DNA of 20,038 nt from a virus, in the UHGV virus genome UHGV-1340863; one strand, given 5' to 3'. Numbering within the stretch: the stretch's first letter is position 1; each line of letters begins with the position of its first letter. The notes under the pieces are model-generated. The model saw only the letters and a list, made by a program, of their open reading frames with translations, did no database searches and was not told the origin of the DNA. A program made the position numbers and the translations under genes. Positions 6,908 through 14,920 of this stretch are shown here, in pieces.

Positions 6908-7357
6908 TTAAAACGGGATATCATCTCCCCATTGCTCATTATCTCCCACTGGTGGCTGGCTTCCTTGCTGATCTGCCTGTTGTTTTGCTCTGTTCAGTGC
7001 GTCAGTAGCCTGCCCCTGTTGGCCTTTATTGCCGCCCGGTCGCACCGATCGCGCACTGATTACGCTGTCTGCGATAACCTGCCAGCCCTGCCGCGTTTCG
7101 CCGTTCTGTCCAGTCCACTGGCTCATCTGCATGTTACCCGCCACGCTCAGGAGTTCGCCTTTGTGATGCTTTGCCAGCGCGTCGGCTTGTCTGCCAAACG
7201 CCAGGACAGATAACCACATCGTCGCCTGACCGTCATCCGACTGACTGCAGGGCAGTGATACCGCCATACGCGCCAGCGTCATGGGGGTGCCCTTGCTGGT
7301 CTGTTTTGTCTGCGGGTCGTCCACCAACCGCCCGTAAACTGATATTTGCGCCGTCAT
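6908..7357 (-). CDS. ssb: Single-stranded DNA-binding protein (SSB)
   Basis: 149 aa; N-terminal OB-fold-like region (ISVYGRLVDDPQ..., WTGQNGETRQGWQVIADSV), Gly/Gln-rich linker and the hallmark acidic C-terminal tail ...WGDDIPF. GGAGAG SD; ATGA overlap with the upstream ORF. Confidence 0.8.
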   Translation of the reverse strand: MTAQISVYGRLVDDPQTKQTSKGTPMTLARMAVSLPCSQSDDGQATMWLSVLAFGRQADALAKHHKGELLSVAGNMQMSQWTGQNGETRQGWQVIADSVISARSVRPGGNKGQQGQATDALNRAKQQADQQGSQPPVGDNEQWGDDIPF

Positions 7358-7599
7358 GCTGCCTGCTCTCCGGACTTAATATTGATTGTTGTCACTTCCT
7401 CCGCTTCAGCAATCTCCCGTTCGGTCAGAGTGGCAAAGTTTGCAGCCGCCGTTGTCATGAATGCGCTAATCAGTTCGGGATGTGCTTTCGCGTATCCTTC
7501 CCCGGCGTTGCGGTCGATGATTTTTATCGACACCCTTAACCAGTGTTCCGTCAAATCAAGGGCGTGCGATTGTGATTTTTTTGTGTGCTTCGCTGTCAT
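7354..7599 (-). CDS. Hypothetical protein (81 aa), translationally coupled to ssb
   Basis: ORF between the iteron cluster and ssb; its stop overlaps the ssb start (ATGA). No recognisable motif; weak RBS. Confidence 0.45.
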   Translation of the reverse strand: MTAKHTKKSQSHALDLTEHWLRVSIKIIDRNAGEGYAKAHPELISAFMTTAAANFATLTEREIAEAEEVTTINIKSGEQAA

Positions 7600-7650
7600 A
7601 GGCTTTATCTCACAGCAGTAAATTAAAATTTTTGCGTTTTAACCCTTCAC

Positions 7651-7873
7651 CTGTTCACCTTTTGATATTTTCTCTTTTAATTCATAATGTTAATTGGTGA
7701 ACAGTTTCACAAAAACTATTCACCAACTGTTCACCACTGTTCACCCTTGAAGCTCAATAAACAATCAAAAAGGTGAACAGTGAATAGTTTGGTGAACAGT
7801 TCATAAATAACTGTTCACCCTATAATATACTGATATAAAAGATATTTATGACAGGGTGAACAGTGGTGAACAG
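7651..7873. repeat. Iteron cluster: at least 9 copies of GGTGAACAG/CTGTTCACC in both orientations; candidate satellite origin of replication
   Basis: Copies at 7651-7659, 7696-7704, 7727-7735, 7737-7745, 7772-7780, 7791-7799, 7811-7819, 7855-7863 and 7865-7873, embedded in AT-rich DNA immediately downstream of the replication-protein gene. Confidence 0.8.
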
Positions 7874-7886
7874 TTATTCCATAAGT

Positions 7887-9707
7887 TTAATTTTTGCTAT
7901 CGTCATTAGTGACCGATACACATGATGGCATCCAGTCTTCTGATTCCTCCGTCAGTGTCACGTTTGAACGCAAACCGTGCTTCGTTTTCCGTTTCATATA
8001 CTCCCTGCCATATTCCGCCATTGCCCCCGGCATATCTTTACCGAAGCGCGTCAGTGTTACAGGTTTACCAAACCCATGTGCCCTCATATAAGCCAGATAG
8101 GCATGATAGAGATACCTGCGTGGGCTGAATGGCACAATTTCAGCATTACCCACTAACAGGCCATCACACATTACCGATGCCATGAGATAGCCGCAGAAGT
8201 CCACCAGCGAATCCCCCTCTCGCTTTATCGCCAGTGCTTCTTCAGATTTCTGCTGCTCATATAACAGGCGTCTGGCTTCGTCCTGATCAGCAAACCGTGT
8301 AAGCAGATGGCGAATCACTACCGCCAGCTCACCTTCTATTTTTTCCGCCAGCATCGAATCGCGTTCGTTCTCCGGTACAACTTCCGAAAAATTGAATATC
8401 ACCCGACGACGTGAGATCCCCCCGCTGCGGTCACTGAATGACATGGCGTTATTGTTAACCGCCAGCACTACTGCCGGAATACGCGTTGAATAGGGGGCTT
8501 TGTGTTTCGGGTCAATTGCCACCTTGTCACCGCCTGTAATGGCCTTAATCCCTGCCCCATCACCAGCGTAGCGGGTCATATCCGGCATGATAATCAGCGA
8601 AAAGCCAACCACTAACGCACGTTCCCTTGCATCTTCCAGCGCCTTCATGCTTGCTGATACTGTATTAGCCTTACCCGCCAGCATGGTGCAAATCTCCGCC
8701 ATCACACTTTTACCACTTCCCCCCGGCCCTGTTACCTCAATGAATAACTGCCAGTCGTACCGGTTCGCCAGCACCATGAATAATGCCGCCAGTACGCGAT
8801 CTGCCTTGCGGTCATTCTCAGCCACCGAACGGCGCAACCACTTCCAGAAATTCGGCGCATGTGTTGCCAGCGTTTCCCCCTCTGCTGGTGGGCTGAAAGG
8901 TAATTCACTGGCAATTAACAACCAGTCGTTTTTGTTATGCTCCCGAAAGTTACCAGTTCTGGTATCAAATACCCCGTTACTGAATCCAATCAGGTTACGG
9001 GCTGTATTCCCCATTACAGGCAAACTTAACTTCATGGTATCTACCGCCGATTTAATAGCGTTCTGCGAATAGCTGATCTCCGCATCAATGAAAATCTGCG
9101 CCATAGCACGCTGTAACTCTTTATCCTGAACCGGCTCCCATACAACGCCGTTGTAATGATGAACGGTGTCAGAGTCGGCATTGATTGCCAGTTCGCCGCC
9201 GTAATGTGCAAGGAGAACTTCACCGCGCTGGCTGGCCCCCATCTGATTCAACGCCAAAGATGAAGCACGCTCGTCATTTTTGCGCTCAGCCTTCTTAACT
9301 GGCAGTTCAATCACCAGACTTTCCCCATGCTCCGCTTCAGCTTTTAGGCCGACAAGGCGCGGAGTCCAGTCTTCAGGCTCTCGATCAACAAAGCTACGGT
9401 AACAACGTGCTTCCTTTACGCCTGCAATAGCAAGTAATGTCGCAACCTTCGTCAGACTTTTCTCTGCAATCTTTCCGGCACGATAAACACGCACATAATG
9501 ACGGCCTTCATCGATAATTTGCATATCATCCAGGTTTTCCAGTTGTTCCGTACCCAGAATGACTGGTGGTGTATCATCTGCTGCAATATGCTTACCTGCC
9601 CATTCATTCCATTCTTTTGCATGGCTCCAGGCATCACTGCCAGCAAAAATGATGACTTCCGTCATTTTGTCGCGCGGTTGGTATTTTAAGTTCGGAGCAC
9701 GTTTCAT
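7887..9707 (-). CDS. Replication initiator: D5/P4-alpha-type SF3 helicase-primase (PICI Pri-Rep-like)
   Basis: 606 aa; Walker A motif VTGPGGSGKS with a downstream hydrophobic stretch ending in acidic residues (LIIMPDM); overall resemblance to the C-terminal NTPase of phage/plasmid primases. GGAGGT SD; ATGA overlap with the upstream small ORF; iterons directly downstream. Confidence 0.75.
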   Translation of the reverse strand: MKRAPNLKYQPRDKMTEVIIFAGSDAWSHAKEWNEWAGKHIAADDTPPVILGTEQLENLDDMQIIDEGRHYVRVYRAGKIAEKSLTKVATLLAIAGVKEARCYRSFVDREPEDWTPRLVGLKAEAEHGESLVIELPVKKAERKNDERASSLALNQMGASQRGEVLLAHYGGELAINADSDTVHHYNGVVWEPVQDKELQRAMAQIFIDAEISYSQNAIKSAVDTMKLSLPVMGNTARNLIGFSNGVFDTRTGNFREHNKNDWLLIASELPFSPPAEGETLATHAPNFWKWLRRSVAENDRKADRVLAALFMVLANRYDWQLFIEVTGPGGSGKSVMAEICTMLAGKANTVSASMKALEDARERALVVGFSLIIMPDMTRYAGDGAGIKAITGGDKVAIDPKHKAPYSTRIPAVVLAVNNNAMSFSDRSGGISRRRVIFNFSEVVPENERDSMLAEKIEGELAVVIRHLLTRFADQDEARRLLYEQQKSEEALAIKREGDSLVDFCGYLMASVMCDGLLVGNAEIVPFSPRRYLYHAYLAYMRAHGFGKPVTLTRFGKDMPGAMAEYGREYMKRKTKHGLRSNVTLTEESEDWMPSCVSVTNDDSKN

Positions 9708-9991
9708 TTGTTACCTCCGGCAACTAACATTGCCCGAATTTTACGGATATAGCCTGCGGCACGCCTCTGATTATCTGTCTTGCAATTTTTTACCAGAATG
9801 AAATCTCTTTCGAACTGCTGACGCGGCATAACACATTCAAAATCATAACCATCACGCAAATAAGAGACACGACGATCATCAACCGAAATAATCTTTACCC
9901 GATAGCCATAGCTGTCTTTGAAAATATCCCCAAGGCTGATTTTTGAATGAGTTTGACCGCTGGCAATAAAGCCAGAAAATTTATTTTTCAT
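9704..9991 (-). CDS. Hypothetical protein (95 aa), replication operon
   Basis: ORF in an operon-like array with stop/start overlap to the helicase-primase gene; no recognisable motif. Confidence 0.5.
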   Translation of the reverse strand: MKNKFSGFIASGQTHSKISLGDIFKDSYGYRVKIISVDDRRVSYLRDGYDFECVMPRQQFERDFILVKNCKTDNQRRAAGYIRKIRAMLVAGGNK

Positions 9992-9994
9992 TTT

Positions 9995-10219
9995 TTATTC
10001 TCCGGTATAGCTCTGGTCGTGTATTTTTATAGCTTCATCCAGCTCTTTGATGACAGGATCAAGTAACGTAATTAACGCTCCAGCTAAATTAGCATCCCGT
10101 TCATCGTGTTCCGCATTTGTTGTCCCATCAAGCCAGGTTGATAAGATTTCTCGCATATTTTTGCCACAAACGAGCGCGTTTTCAGCATGTGTCAGCACTT
10201 TAAAATAAAGATCATTCAT
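9995..10219 (-). CDS. Hypothetical protein (74 aa), replication operon
   Basis: Strong AGGAGGTG SD upstream of ATG at 10217-10219; overlaps the end of the upstream ORF by 8 nt. Confidence 0.5.
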   Translation of the reverse strand: MNDLYFKVLTHAENALVCGKNMREILSTWLDGTTNAEHDERDANLAGALITLLDPVIKELDEAIKIHDQSYTGE

Positions 10220-10577
10220 GGCACACCTCCTGACGAATACGGGCGGCGAATATCATCACGTAGCCAGTTGGGAATTGCTGGCGGGCTTCCTGTTCGCTGG
10301 CGGCCTCGATGTGTATTACGCGTGGTTGTGCGGTGCTCAGGGCGATAAAACGCCAGATGAAATTGTTTTCGCATTTCTGAATAAACAGCGTGTTTTCTTC
10401 ACGCCCTTTCCAGAAAGCCGCAGTATAGCCCATCTCCTTAACCATCTTGCGGGCATCAACCAGCGTGTCAGCGGCAACATGTACCGTAGTTGCTCCATCT
10501 GCCATGCGGTCGTGGTGTAGTGCCAGAAAGGTGTATATAAATTTAGGGTGAGTTTGGGTATGCTGTGTTCCAGCCAT
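10212..10577 (-). CDS. Hypothetical protein (121 aa), first gene of the leftward replication operon
   Basis: C-terminal 121 codons of the 304-aa track ORF, starting at ATG 10575-10577 (MAGTQHTQTH...) with a GAGGT SD. The long N-terminal extension in the track overlaps the operator region and the divergent gene and is rejected. Confidence 0.5.
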   Translation of the reverse strand: MAGTQHTQTHPKFIYTFLALHHDRMADGATTVHVAADTLVDARKMVKEMGYTAAFWKGREENTLFIQKCENNFIWRFIALSTAQPRVIHIEAASEQEARQQFPTGYVMIFAARIRQEVCHE

Positions 10578-10664
10578 AATCGTTACCTCGTTTAACGGTT
10601 TGGTTAGAAGCCCGGTTAGTGTTCGCGCACTGCCGGGTTTCGTCGTTTTTATGAATCGATCATT

Positions 10665-10766
10665 GTGAGATACATAGCGACCATGATGTGAGATATACAT
10701 TATATTGTGGTGATATACATTGCAAGTGTTTTTATATCTCACTTTTGTGTATAGTGATATACACAT
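10665..10766. promoter_or_regulatory. Operator-like repeat cluster (GTGAGATA(TA)CAT x5, one inverted) in a divergent promoter region
   Basis: gtgagatacat 10665-10675, gtgagatatacat 10688-10700, gtgatatacat 10710-10720, inverted tatatctcac 10733-10742, gtgatatacacat 10754-10766; lies between the divergent genes starting at 10577 (-) and 10786 (+). Confidence 0.6.
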
Positions 10767-10785
10767 AACAAATTGGTGATTAACT

Positions 10786-11088
10786 ATGTCTGTATACAAA
10801 AATGCAAAATCGCAAATGACAACGATCAGGGTTCCCCACGATGTTATGGAGGGCATGGAATCCGTAAAACTGGACGGCGAAAGCAACGCCGGATTCATAG
10901 TAACCGCCATGCGCGGTGAGATCGCCCGCCGCCAGGCAGAAGGAAGCGGAGAAAATCCCCTCGTGTCTTCACTGGATGCCTTAGCTAAGGTCGAACAAAT
11001 CGGCATCAAGGCAGCGGAGGAAATCGGGCAACTCGTAGCCGTCGCTCGTGAAGAACTCCAGCGGCGTAAAGCCAAAGAATCTGAATAA
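10786..11088 (+). CDS. Putative small DNA-binding regulator (possible ribbon-helix-helix fold), divergent from the replication operon
   Basis: 100-aa ORF with GGTGA SD; N-terminal TTIRVPHDVMEGMESV resembles an RHH beta-strand/helix start. Position next to the operator repeats fits a repressor or activator role. Fold assignment is a guess. Confidence 0.45.
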   Translation: MSVYKNAKSQMTTIRVPHDVMEGMESVKLDGESNAGFIVTAMRGEIARRQAEGSGENPLVSSLDALAKVEQIGIKAAEEIGQLVAVAREELQRRKAKESE

Positions 11089-11097
11089 TTACTATCA

Positions 11098-11124
11098 GCG
11101 CCGTGATGTGAGTAACTACGGCGC
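11098..11124 (+). terminator. Hairpin downstream of the regulator gene
   Basis: gcgccgt (11098-11104) / acggcgc (11118-11124) stem with 13-nt loop, 10 nt after the stop codon; the downstream tail is only moderately T-rich. Confidence 0.35.
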
Positions 11125-11438
11125 ATTGCTATGTAAATACTGGCAATAAACAGAAAAGGTAGTTCTACTCCGAATAATTTTATCTGACACTACTCCTGAA
11201 CTAACATGCGCTTATCTTACAGGATATAAATATAGATCCATAAAATCACGATTAAATAAAGTCGCTCCAAACATAAACCACACCCAACGCTTAACAAGAT
11301 AGCAACAAACAGATAAATAACTTGCAGAAATATTTATCGCAAGGATTATCATTATTAATTACAAATCACTTTACCAAGTCATTCCCCTCTCTTATCATAA
11401 AGAGAAAGTAATAAATAAGTTAAGGGAGTTAGAATACT

Positions 11439-11975
11439 ATGAATCTAAAAAAAATAGCCACAAACATAAAAAACAAGATAATAGAAACATTCAATAAACT
11501 TATATTAGAGGCATCTAAAACCCCCACACAAGATGAAATTAAAATACTTGAGAGAAGAAGTAAAAAGTTTAATTACTCCTTTTTCTCATACGCAGTCACA
11601 GGAGCCATAATGGTTTTTTGCTCTCAACCATTAATAAAATACGCAAACCCAATGCTTATTTTATTGAGTGGTCTGTTACTGTCTATCATCATTATCCTTC
11701 TCAGAATGATTTATATTTCACAAGCGAATGCATCATGGACAACCAAAAAACGTTCACATGTACTAGTTCATTTTCTTTCTGCATGTTTCATAGCGTCAAC
11801 ATTGACGTTGTTATATCAGGCTTACGATAATAACATCACACACAAATTGTACTGTAAAAATATACAACAACTTATTGAAAAAAGGATAGAAACAGAAAAA
11901 AATATCAGCATATTCAGTGGGATGCAATGCACCCCGGCATATGATTACTCTTTATTTGGATTTAATCTCTTATAA
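11439..11975 (+). CDS. AT-rich multi-pass membrane protein (178 aa), function unknown; cargo gene candidate
   Basis: Three hydrophobic helices (AVTGAIMVFCSQPLI, MLILLSGLLLSIIIILLRMIYI, VLVHFLSACFIASTLTLLYQAY); GGGAG SD upstream; strongly AT-rich island (about 11100-12040) flanked by GC-richer element genes. Confidence 0.6.
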   Translation: MNLKKIATNIKNKIIETFNKLILEASKTPTQDEIKILERRSKKFNYSFFSYAVTGAIMVFCSQPLIKYANPMLILLSGLLLSIIIILLRMIYISQANASWTTKKRSHVLVHFLSACFIASTLTLLYQAYDNNITHKLYCKNIQQLIEKRIETEKNISIFSGMQCTPAYDYSLFGFNLL

Positions 11976-12044
11976 AGAATGTTATTACTGATTTGAGTGC
12001 AAATTCTCAAATCAGTAATTCATAATATTTTATTCTGAGATAAT

Positions 12045-12272
12045 TTAAACTACCCACTCACCTCGAATCCATGCCTGCACTTCTGAAAGACGATATGCAA
12101 CAGCAGTGGAGCCAATCTTGATCCGCTTAGGAAATTTCCCTTCCTTCTCCAGCTTCCAGCGTGTGCTGTTCGCAAGAGTGGTTAGCTCCCGACATTCTTT
12201 CTCACGGATCATACGATCGATGTTAGGAATGTACTCCAGACCCTTTTTATCAACAATCGCCATTTTTTTCAT
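12045..12272 (-). CDS. AlpA-family HTH protein (excisionase / transcriptional activator candidate)
   Basis: 75 aa; LTTLANSTRWKLEKEGKFPKRIKIGSTAVAYRLSEVQAWIRGE matches the AlpA/Xis HTH pattern (..EGKFPKP.K.G.R...W...E.Q.WI); directly downstream of int. Confidence 0.75.
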   Translation of the reverse strand: MKKMAIVDKKGLEYIPNIDRMIREKECRELTTLANSTRWKLEKEGKFPKRIKIGSTAVAYRLSEVQAWIRGEWVV

Positions 12273-12273
12273 G

Positions 12274-13509
12274 TTAACCAGCCTTTTGTTTGAGGATTAT
12301 CACTTTTGAATCAGCACCTGCGATGCTATTGAGATATGTAGTCCAGAGTTCCAGAGCATCCAGTTTTTTAGCCATAAACTTACTCCGGTTGTAAACACCT
12401 GCCACGCCAGGTAGCGCATGGCCTAACAGTTGTTCTACTACATAAAATTCAACACCGAGATCACTTAGATGAGTAGATAGCGTTCTTCTAAGGTCGTGTA
12501 GTGACCATTGTTTTTCATGGCCCAAACGTTTACCGATTTTCCCCCCAATCTTGCTTACGCTTTCTCTAATTCGCAGACTTCCCAGCACATAACCAGTATG
12601 TTTTGTCTCTTCGTGAACATCCGTTACCCACTGTCGTAGAATTTCAGGTACTGGTCTGACGATTTCAACACCAGTTTTTGAGTGATCTTTTGGTACAGTC
12701 CAAACCCAACTTTCGAGATCCCATTCGCTCCATTCTGATAATCGGGCTTCACTCATTCGACATCCAAATACTGTACAAAGTACAAACATTTTTCGCGTGT
12801 ATTCAGACATTAGTTTTAAATCAGGCTCGACAAAAATTGCTTTCCAGAGCTGGCCCAGCTCGGCTTCATCCAGAACCCGATCCCGCTTACCTGCAATCTG
12901 CCCCACATCACTCATGCGCAAATCCTTTAAAGCATCACACGTCGCGTACTGGCGTACCCGACAAAAACGAAGAGCTAATTTAGTGTCAGAAAAAACATAC
13001 GCCGCCATAACTGGTGCATTACGTTTAATTCGGTCAAAACAGTCCAGCCATTCATATAGGTGAGTGTCATTTACAGGCAAATGACCGATATAGGGAAAAA
13101 TATGCTTTCGAAATCTGCCAAGCGTTACAGCATGAGTTTTACGACGCACCTTACAGTAATTTTCATACCAGTAATTTAGTGCATCCTCCACTGTGACCGG
13201 CTTTAAGCGTTCTTCAGCCTGAATCTTAATCTGGATACGCGGATCACGTTTGTCAGCCAACCAACCACGGCACTCGTCGCGCTTTTCCCTTGCCTGTTTG
13301 AGTGACATATCAGGATATTTACCCAACGTTAGCCAGACCGGAGCAGCCCGGCCACCTGCTAACCTGTAGAAGAAAACAAAGCTCACAGCCCCCTTGGTAC
13401 TCACACGAATAGAAAGCCCCTTTCCATCAGCAATGGTGATCTGCTTTTCTCTGGGTTTCCCCAGATATCCTTTAAGTGCTTTGTCGCTCAGTTTGTTCTC
13501 GCCAGCCAT
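12274..13509 (-). CDS. int: Tyrosine site-specific integrase (P4-type, N-terminal arm-binding domain)
   Basis: 411 aa from ATG 13507-13509 (MAGENKLSDK...); C-terminal catalytic region with HDLRRT and LLGH motifs plus a downstream Tyr; terminal gene of the element, beside the right junction. Confidence 0.88.
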   Translation of the reverse strand: MAGENKLSDKALKGYLGKPREKQITIADGKGLSIRVSTKGAVSFVFFYRLAGGRAAPVWLTLGKYPDMSLKQAREKRDECRGWLADKRDPRIQIKIQAEERLKPVTVEDALNYWYENYCKVRRKTHAVTLGRFRKHIFPYIGHLPVNDTHLYEWLDCFDRIKRNAPVMAAYVFSDTKLALRFCRVRQYATCDALKDLRMSDVGQIAGKRDRVLDEAELGQLWKAIFVEPDLKLMSEYTRKMFVLCTVFGCRMSEARLSEWSEWDLESWVWTVPKDHSKTGVEIVRPVPEILRQWVTDVHEETKHTGYVLGSLRIRESVSKIGGKIGKRLGHEKQWSLHDLRRTLSTHLSDLGVEFYVVEQLLGHALPGVAGVYNRSKFMAKKLDALELWTTYLNSIAGADSKVIILKQKAG

Positions 13510-13524
13510 TTTAAGCCCCAAAAA

Positions 13525-13561
13525 GCAATACAAGCTGCAATACAGAGATGATTGCAACACA
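13525..13561 (+). repeat. Direct repeats GCAATACA x2 plus GCAACACA (candidate integrase arm-type sites, attR side / int leader)
   Basis: gcaataca at 13525-13532 and 13537-13544, gcaacaca at 13554-13561; same motif and orientation as 3032-3052 at the opposite end. Confidence 0.5.
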
Positions 13562-13641
13562 CAGATAACGAGGAAAATCCAGTGAAAGCGCCAGATAGAC
13601 TTATTCTTTATTATCAAAAGATTAAGTGTAAAAACCAGCAA

Positions 13642-13917
13642 CTACACGAAAGCCTCAGAAAGCCATGCTAAGTGCTTCGGCTTGACATATCCCGGCGTAA
13701 ATTCAGAGGTGGAGCCGCCACGGGAACGGATAACCTCACCGGAAACAATCGGCGAAACGTACAGCGCCATGTTTACCAGTCCCGGAATTTGTGAGAGATA
13801 GACTTTCTCCGTGGTGAAGGGATAGCTCTCACGGAAAAAGAGACGCAGAAACAGCGGATCAAACTTAAATTTCTGCTCATTTGCCGCCAGCAGCTGGGCG
13901 GTTGTGTACATCGACAT
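13642..13917 (-). pseudogene. E: Major capsid protein E, N-terminal 82 codons fused to 9 element-derived codons and a stop
   Basis: MSMYTTAQLLAANEQKFKFDPLFLRLFFRESYPFTTEKVYLSQIPGLVNMALYVSPIVSGEVIRSRGGSTSEFTPGYVKPKH matches lambda E 1-82, then LAWLSEAFV-stop encoded by element sequence (13642-13671). Confidence 0.9.
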
Positions 13918-13972
13918 AAAAAAATCCCGTAAAAAAAGCCGCACAGGCGGCCTTTAGTGATGAAGGGTAAAG

Positions 13973-14305
13973 TTAAACGATGCTGATTGCCGTTCCGGCA
14001 AACGCGGTCCGTTTTTTCGTCTCGTCGCTGGCAGCCTCCGGCCAGAGCACATCCTCATAACGGAACGTGCCGGACTTGTAGAACGTCAGCGTGGTGCTGG
14101 TCTGGTCAGCAGCAACCGCAAGAATGCCAACGGCAGCACCGTCGGTGGTGCCATCCCACGCAACCAGCTTACGGCTGGAGGTGTCCAGCATCAGCGGGGT
14201 CATTGCAGGCGCTTTCGCACTCAATCCGCCGGGCGCGGTTGCGGTATGAGCCGGGTCACTGTTGCCCAGCGGCTGGTAATGGGTAAAGGTTTCTTTGCTC
14301 GTCAT
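13973..14305 (-). CDS. D: Head decoration protein D
   Basis: [12 protein letters not shown]...[11 protein letters not shown], 110 aa, matches lambda gpD; start taken at the internal ATG that reproduces the lambda N-terminus. Confidence 0.92.
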   Translation of the reverse strand: MTSKETFTHYQPLGNSDPAHTATAPGGLSAKAPAMTPLMLDTSSRKLVAWDGTTDGAAVGILAVAADQTSTTLTFYKSGTFRYEDVLWPEAASDETKKRTAFAGTAISIV

Positions 14306-14314
14306 AAACATCCC

Positions 14315-14920
14315 TTACACTGGTGTGTTCAGCAAATCGTTAACGGCATCAGATGCCAGGTTACCTGCAGCCAGCGGTGCCGGTGCCCCCTGCATCAGAC
14401 GATCCAGCGCAGTGTCACTGCGCGCCTGTGCACTCTGTGGTGCAACTGCCAGAATGCGGCGGGCCGTTTCCACGGTCATACCAGGGGTTTCGGCCAGCAC
14501 GCGTGCCTGTTCTTCGCGTCCGTGAGCTTCCTCACAGTTGAGGATCCCCATAATGCGACTGTTTTCTGCCGCAACCGCTGCGGTGATCTGCGCGTTCACG
14601 TCCGGCTGCGCAGCGCTGGCGTTCTCGCCCTCCGTCGCTGGCACCACGCCAGTAACGTCAGCCTGCGAAGCAGTGGCTGAAACAGTTGTTGATTGAGTCT
14701 CTTTGGTCATTCGCCCTCCTGAGAGACGGGATTTACGTGCATCCAGTGCATCACGCATGACGGTGATCGCATCGGTACTGTTAACAAGTTCATCAGCCAG
14801 TCCGGCATCAATGGCCTCCTGACCGCTGTACACTGCAGCCTCGGTATCCAGCACAGCCTGCACGGACAGGCCGGTATATGCCGACACCTTCTGTGCAAAC
14901 ATCCGGCGGGTTGCATCCAT
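14315..14920 (-). CDS. Nu3: Scaffolding protein Nu3 (in-frame internal start within C)
   Basis: In lambda, Nu3 is the C-terminal 201 codons of the C frame; here an ATG lies exactly 201 codons before the shared stop (MDATRRMFAQKVSAYTG...). Confidence 0.7.
   Translation of the reverse strand: MDATRRMFAQKVSAYTGLSVQAVLDTEAAVYSGQEAIDAGLADELVNSTDAITVMRDALDARKSRLSGGRMTKETQSTTVSATASQADVTGVVPATEGENASAAQPDVNAQITAAVAAENSRIMGILNCEEAHGREEQARVLAETPGMTVETARRILAVAPQSAQARSDTALDRLMQGAPAPLAAGNLASDAVNDLLNTPV

Larger units (their letters stand above)
2945..13671. mobile_element. Integrated satellite / PICI-like element (~10.7 kb) inserted in helper gene E; boundaries +/- about 10 bp
   Basis: Flanked by the two halves of E (codon 82 at 13672-13674, codon 83 at 2942-2944). 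Imperfect 9-bp repeat at the junctions (atgcttggg at 2945-2953; gtgcttcgg at 13672-13680). Integrase at the right end, GCAATACA arm-type repeats at both ends, own ori, own cos, visibly different base composition from the flanking lambda genes. Confidence 0.85.

Noticed and set aside
7651-7873. Possible CRISPR array
   Set aside because: The repeat unit is only 9 nt, spacing is irregular, copies occur in both orientations and there are no cas genes; this fits iterons, not CRISPR.
10578-11126. N-terminal 183 codons of the 304-aa minus-strand ORF 10212..11126
   Set aside because: This part overlaps the operator repeats and runs antisense to the 10786..11088 gene; only the C-terminal 121 codons, which have their own SD and ATG, are kept.
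13918-13944. Upstream in-frame extension (MRLFLRDFF) of the E N-terminal fragment
   Set aside because: Lambda E starts at MSMYTT, which is where the homology begins; the extension is just open frame in the D-E spacer.
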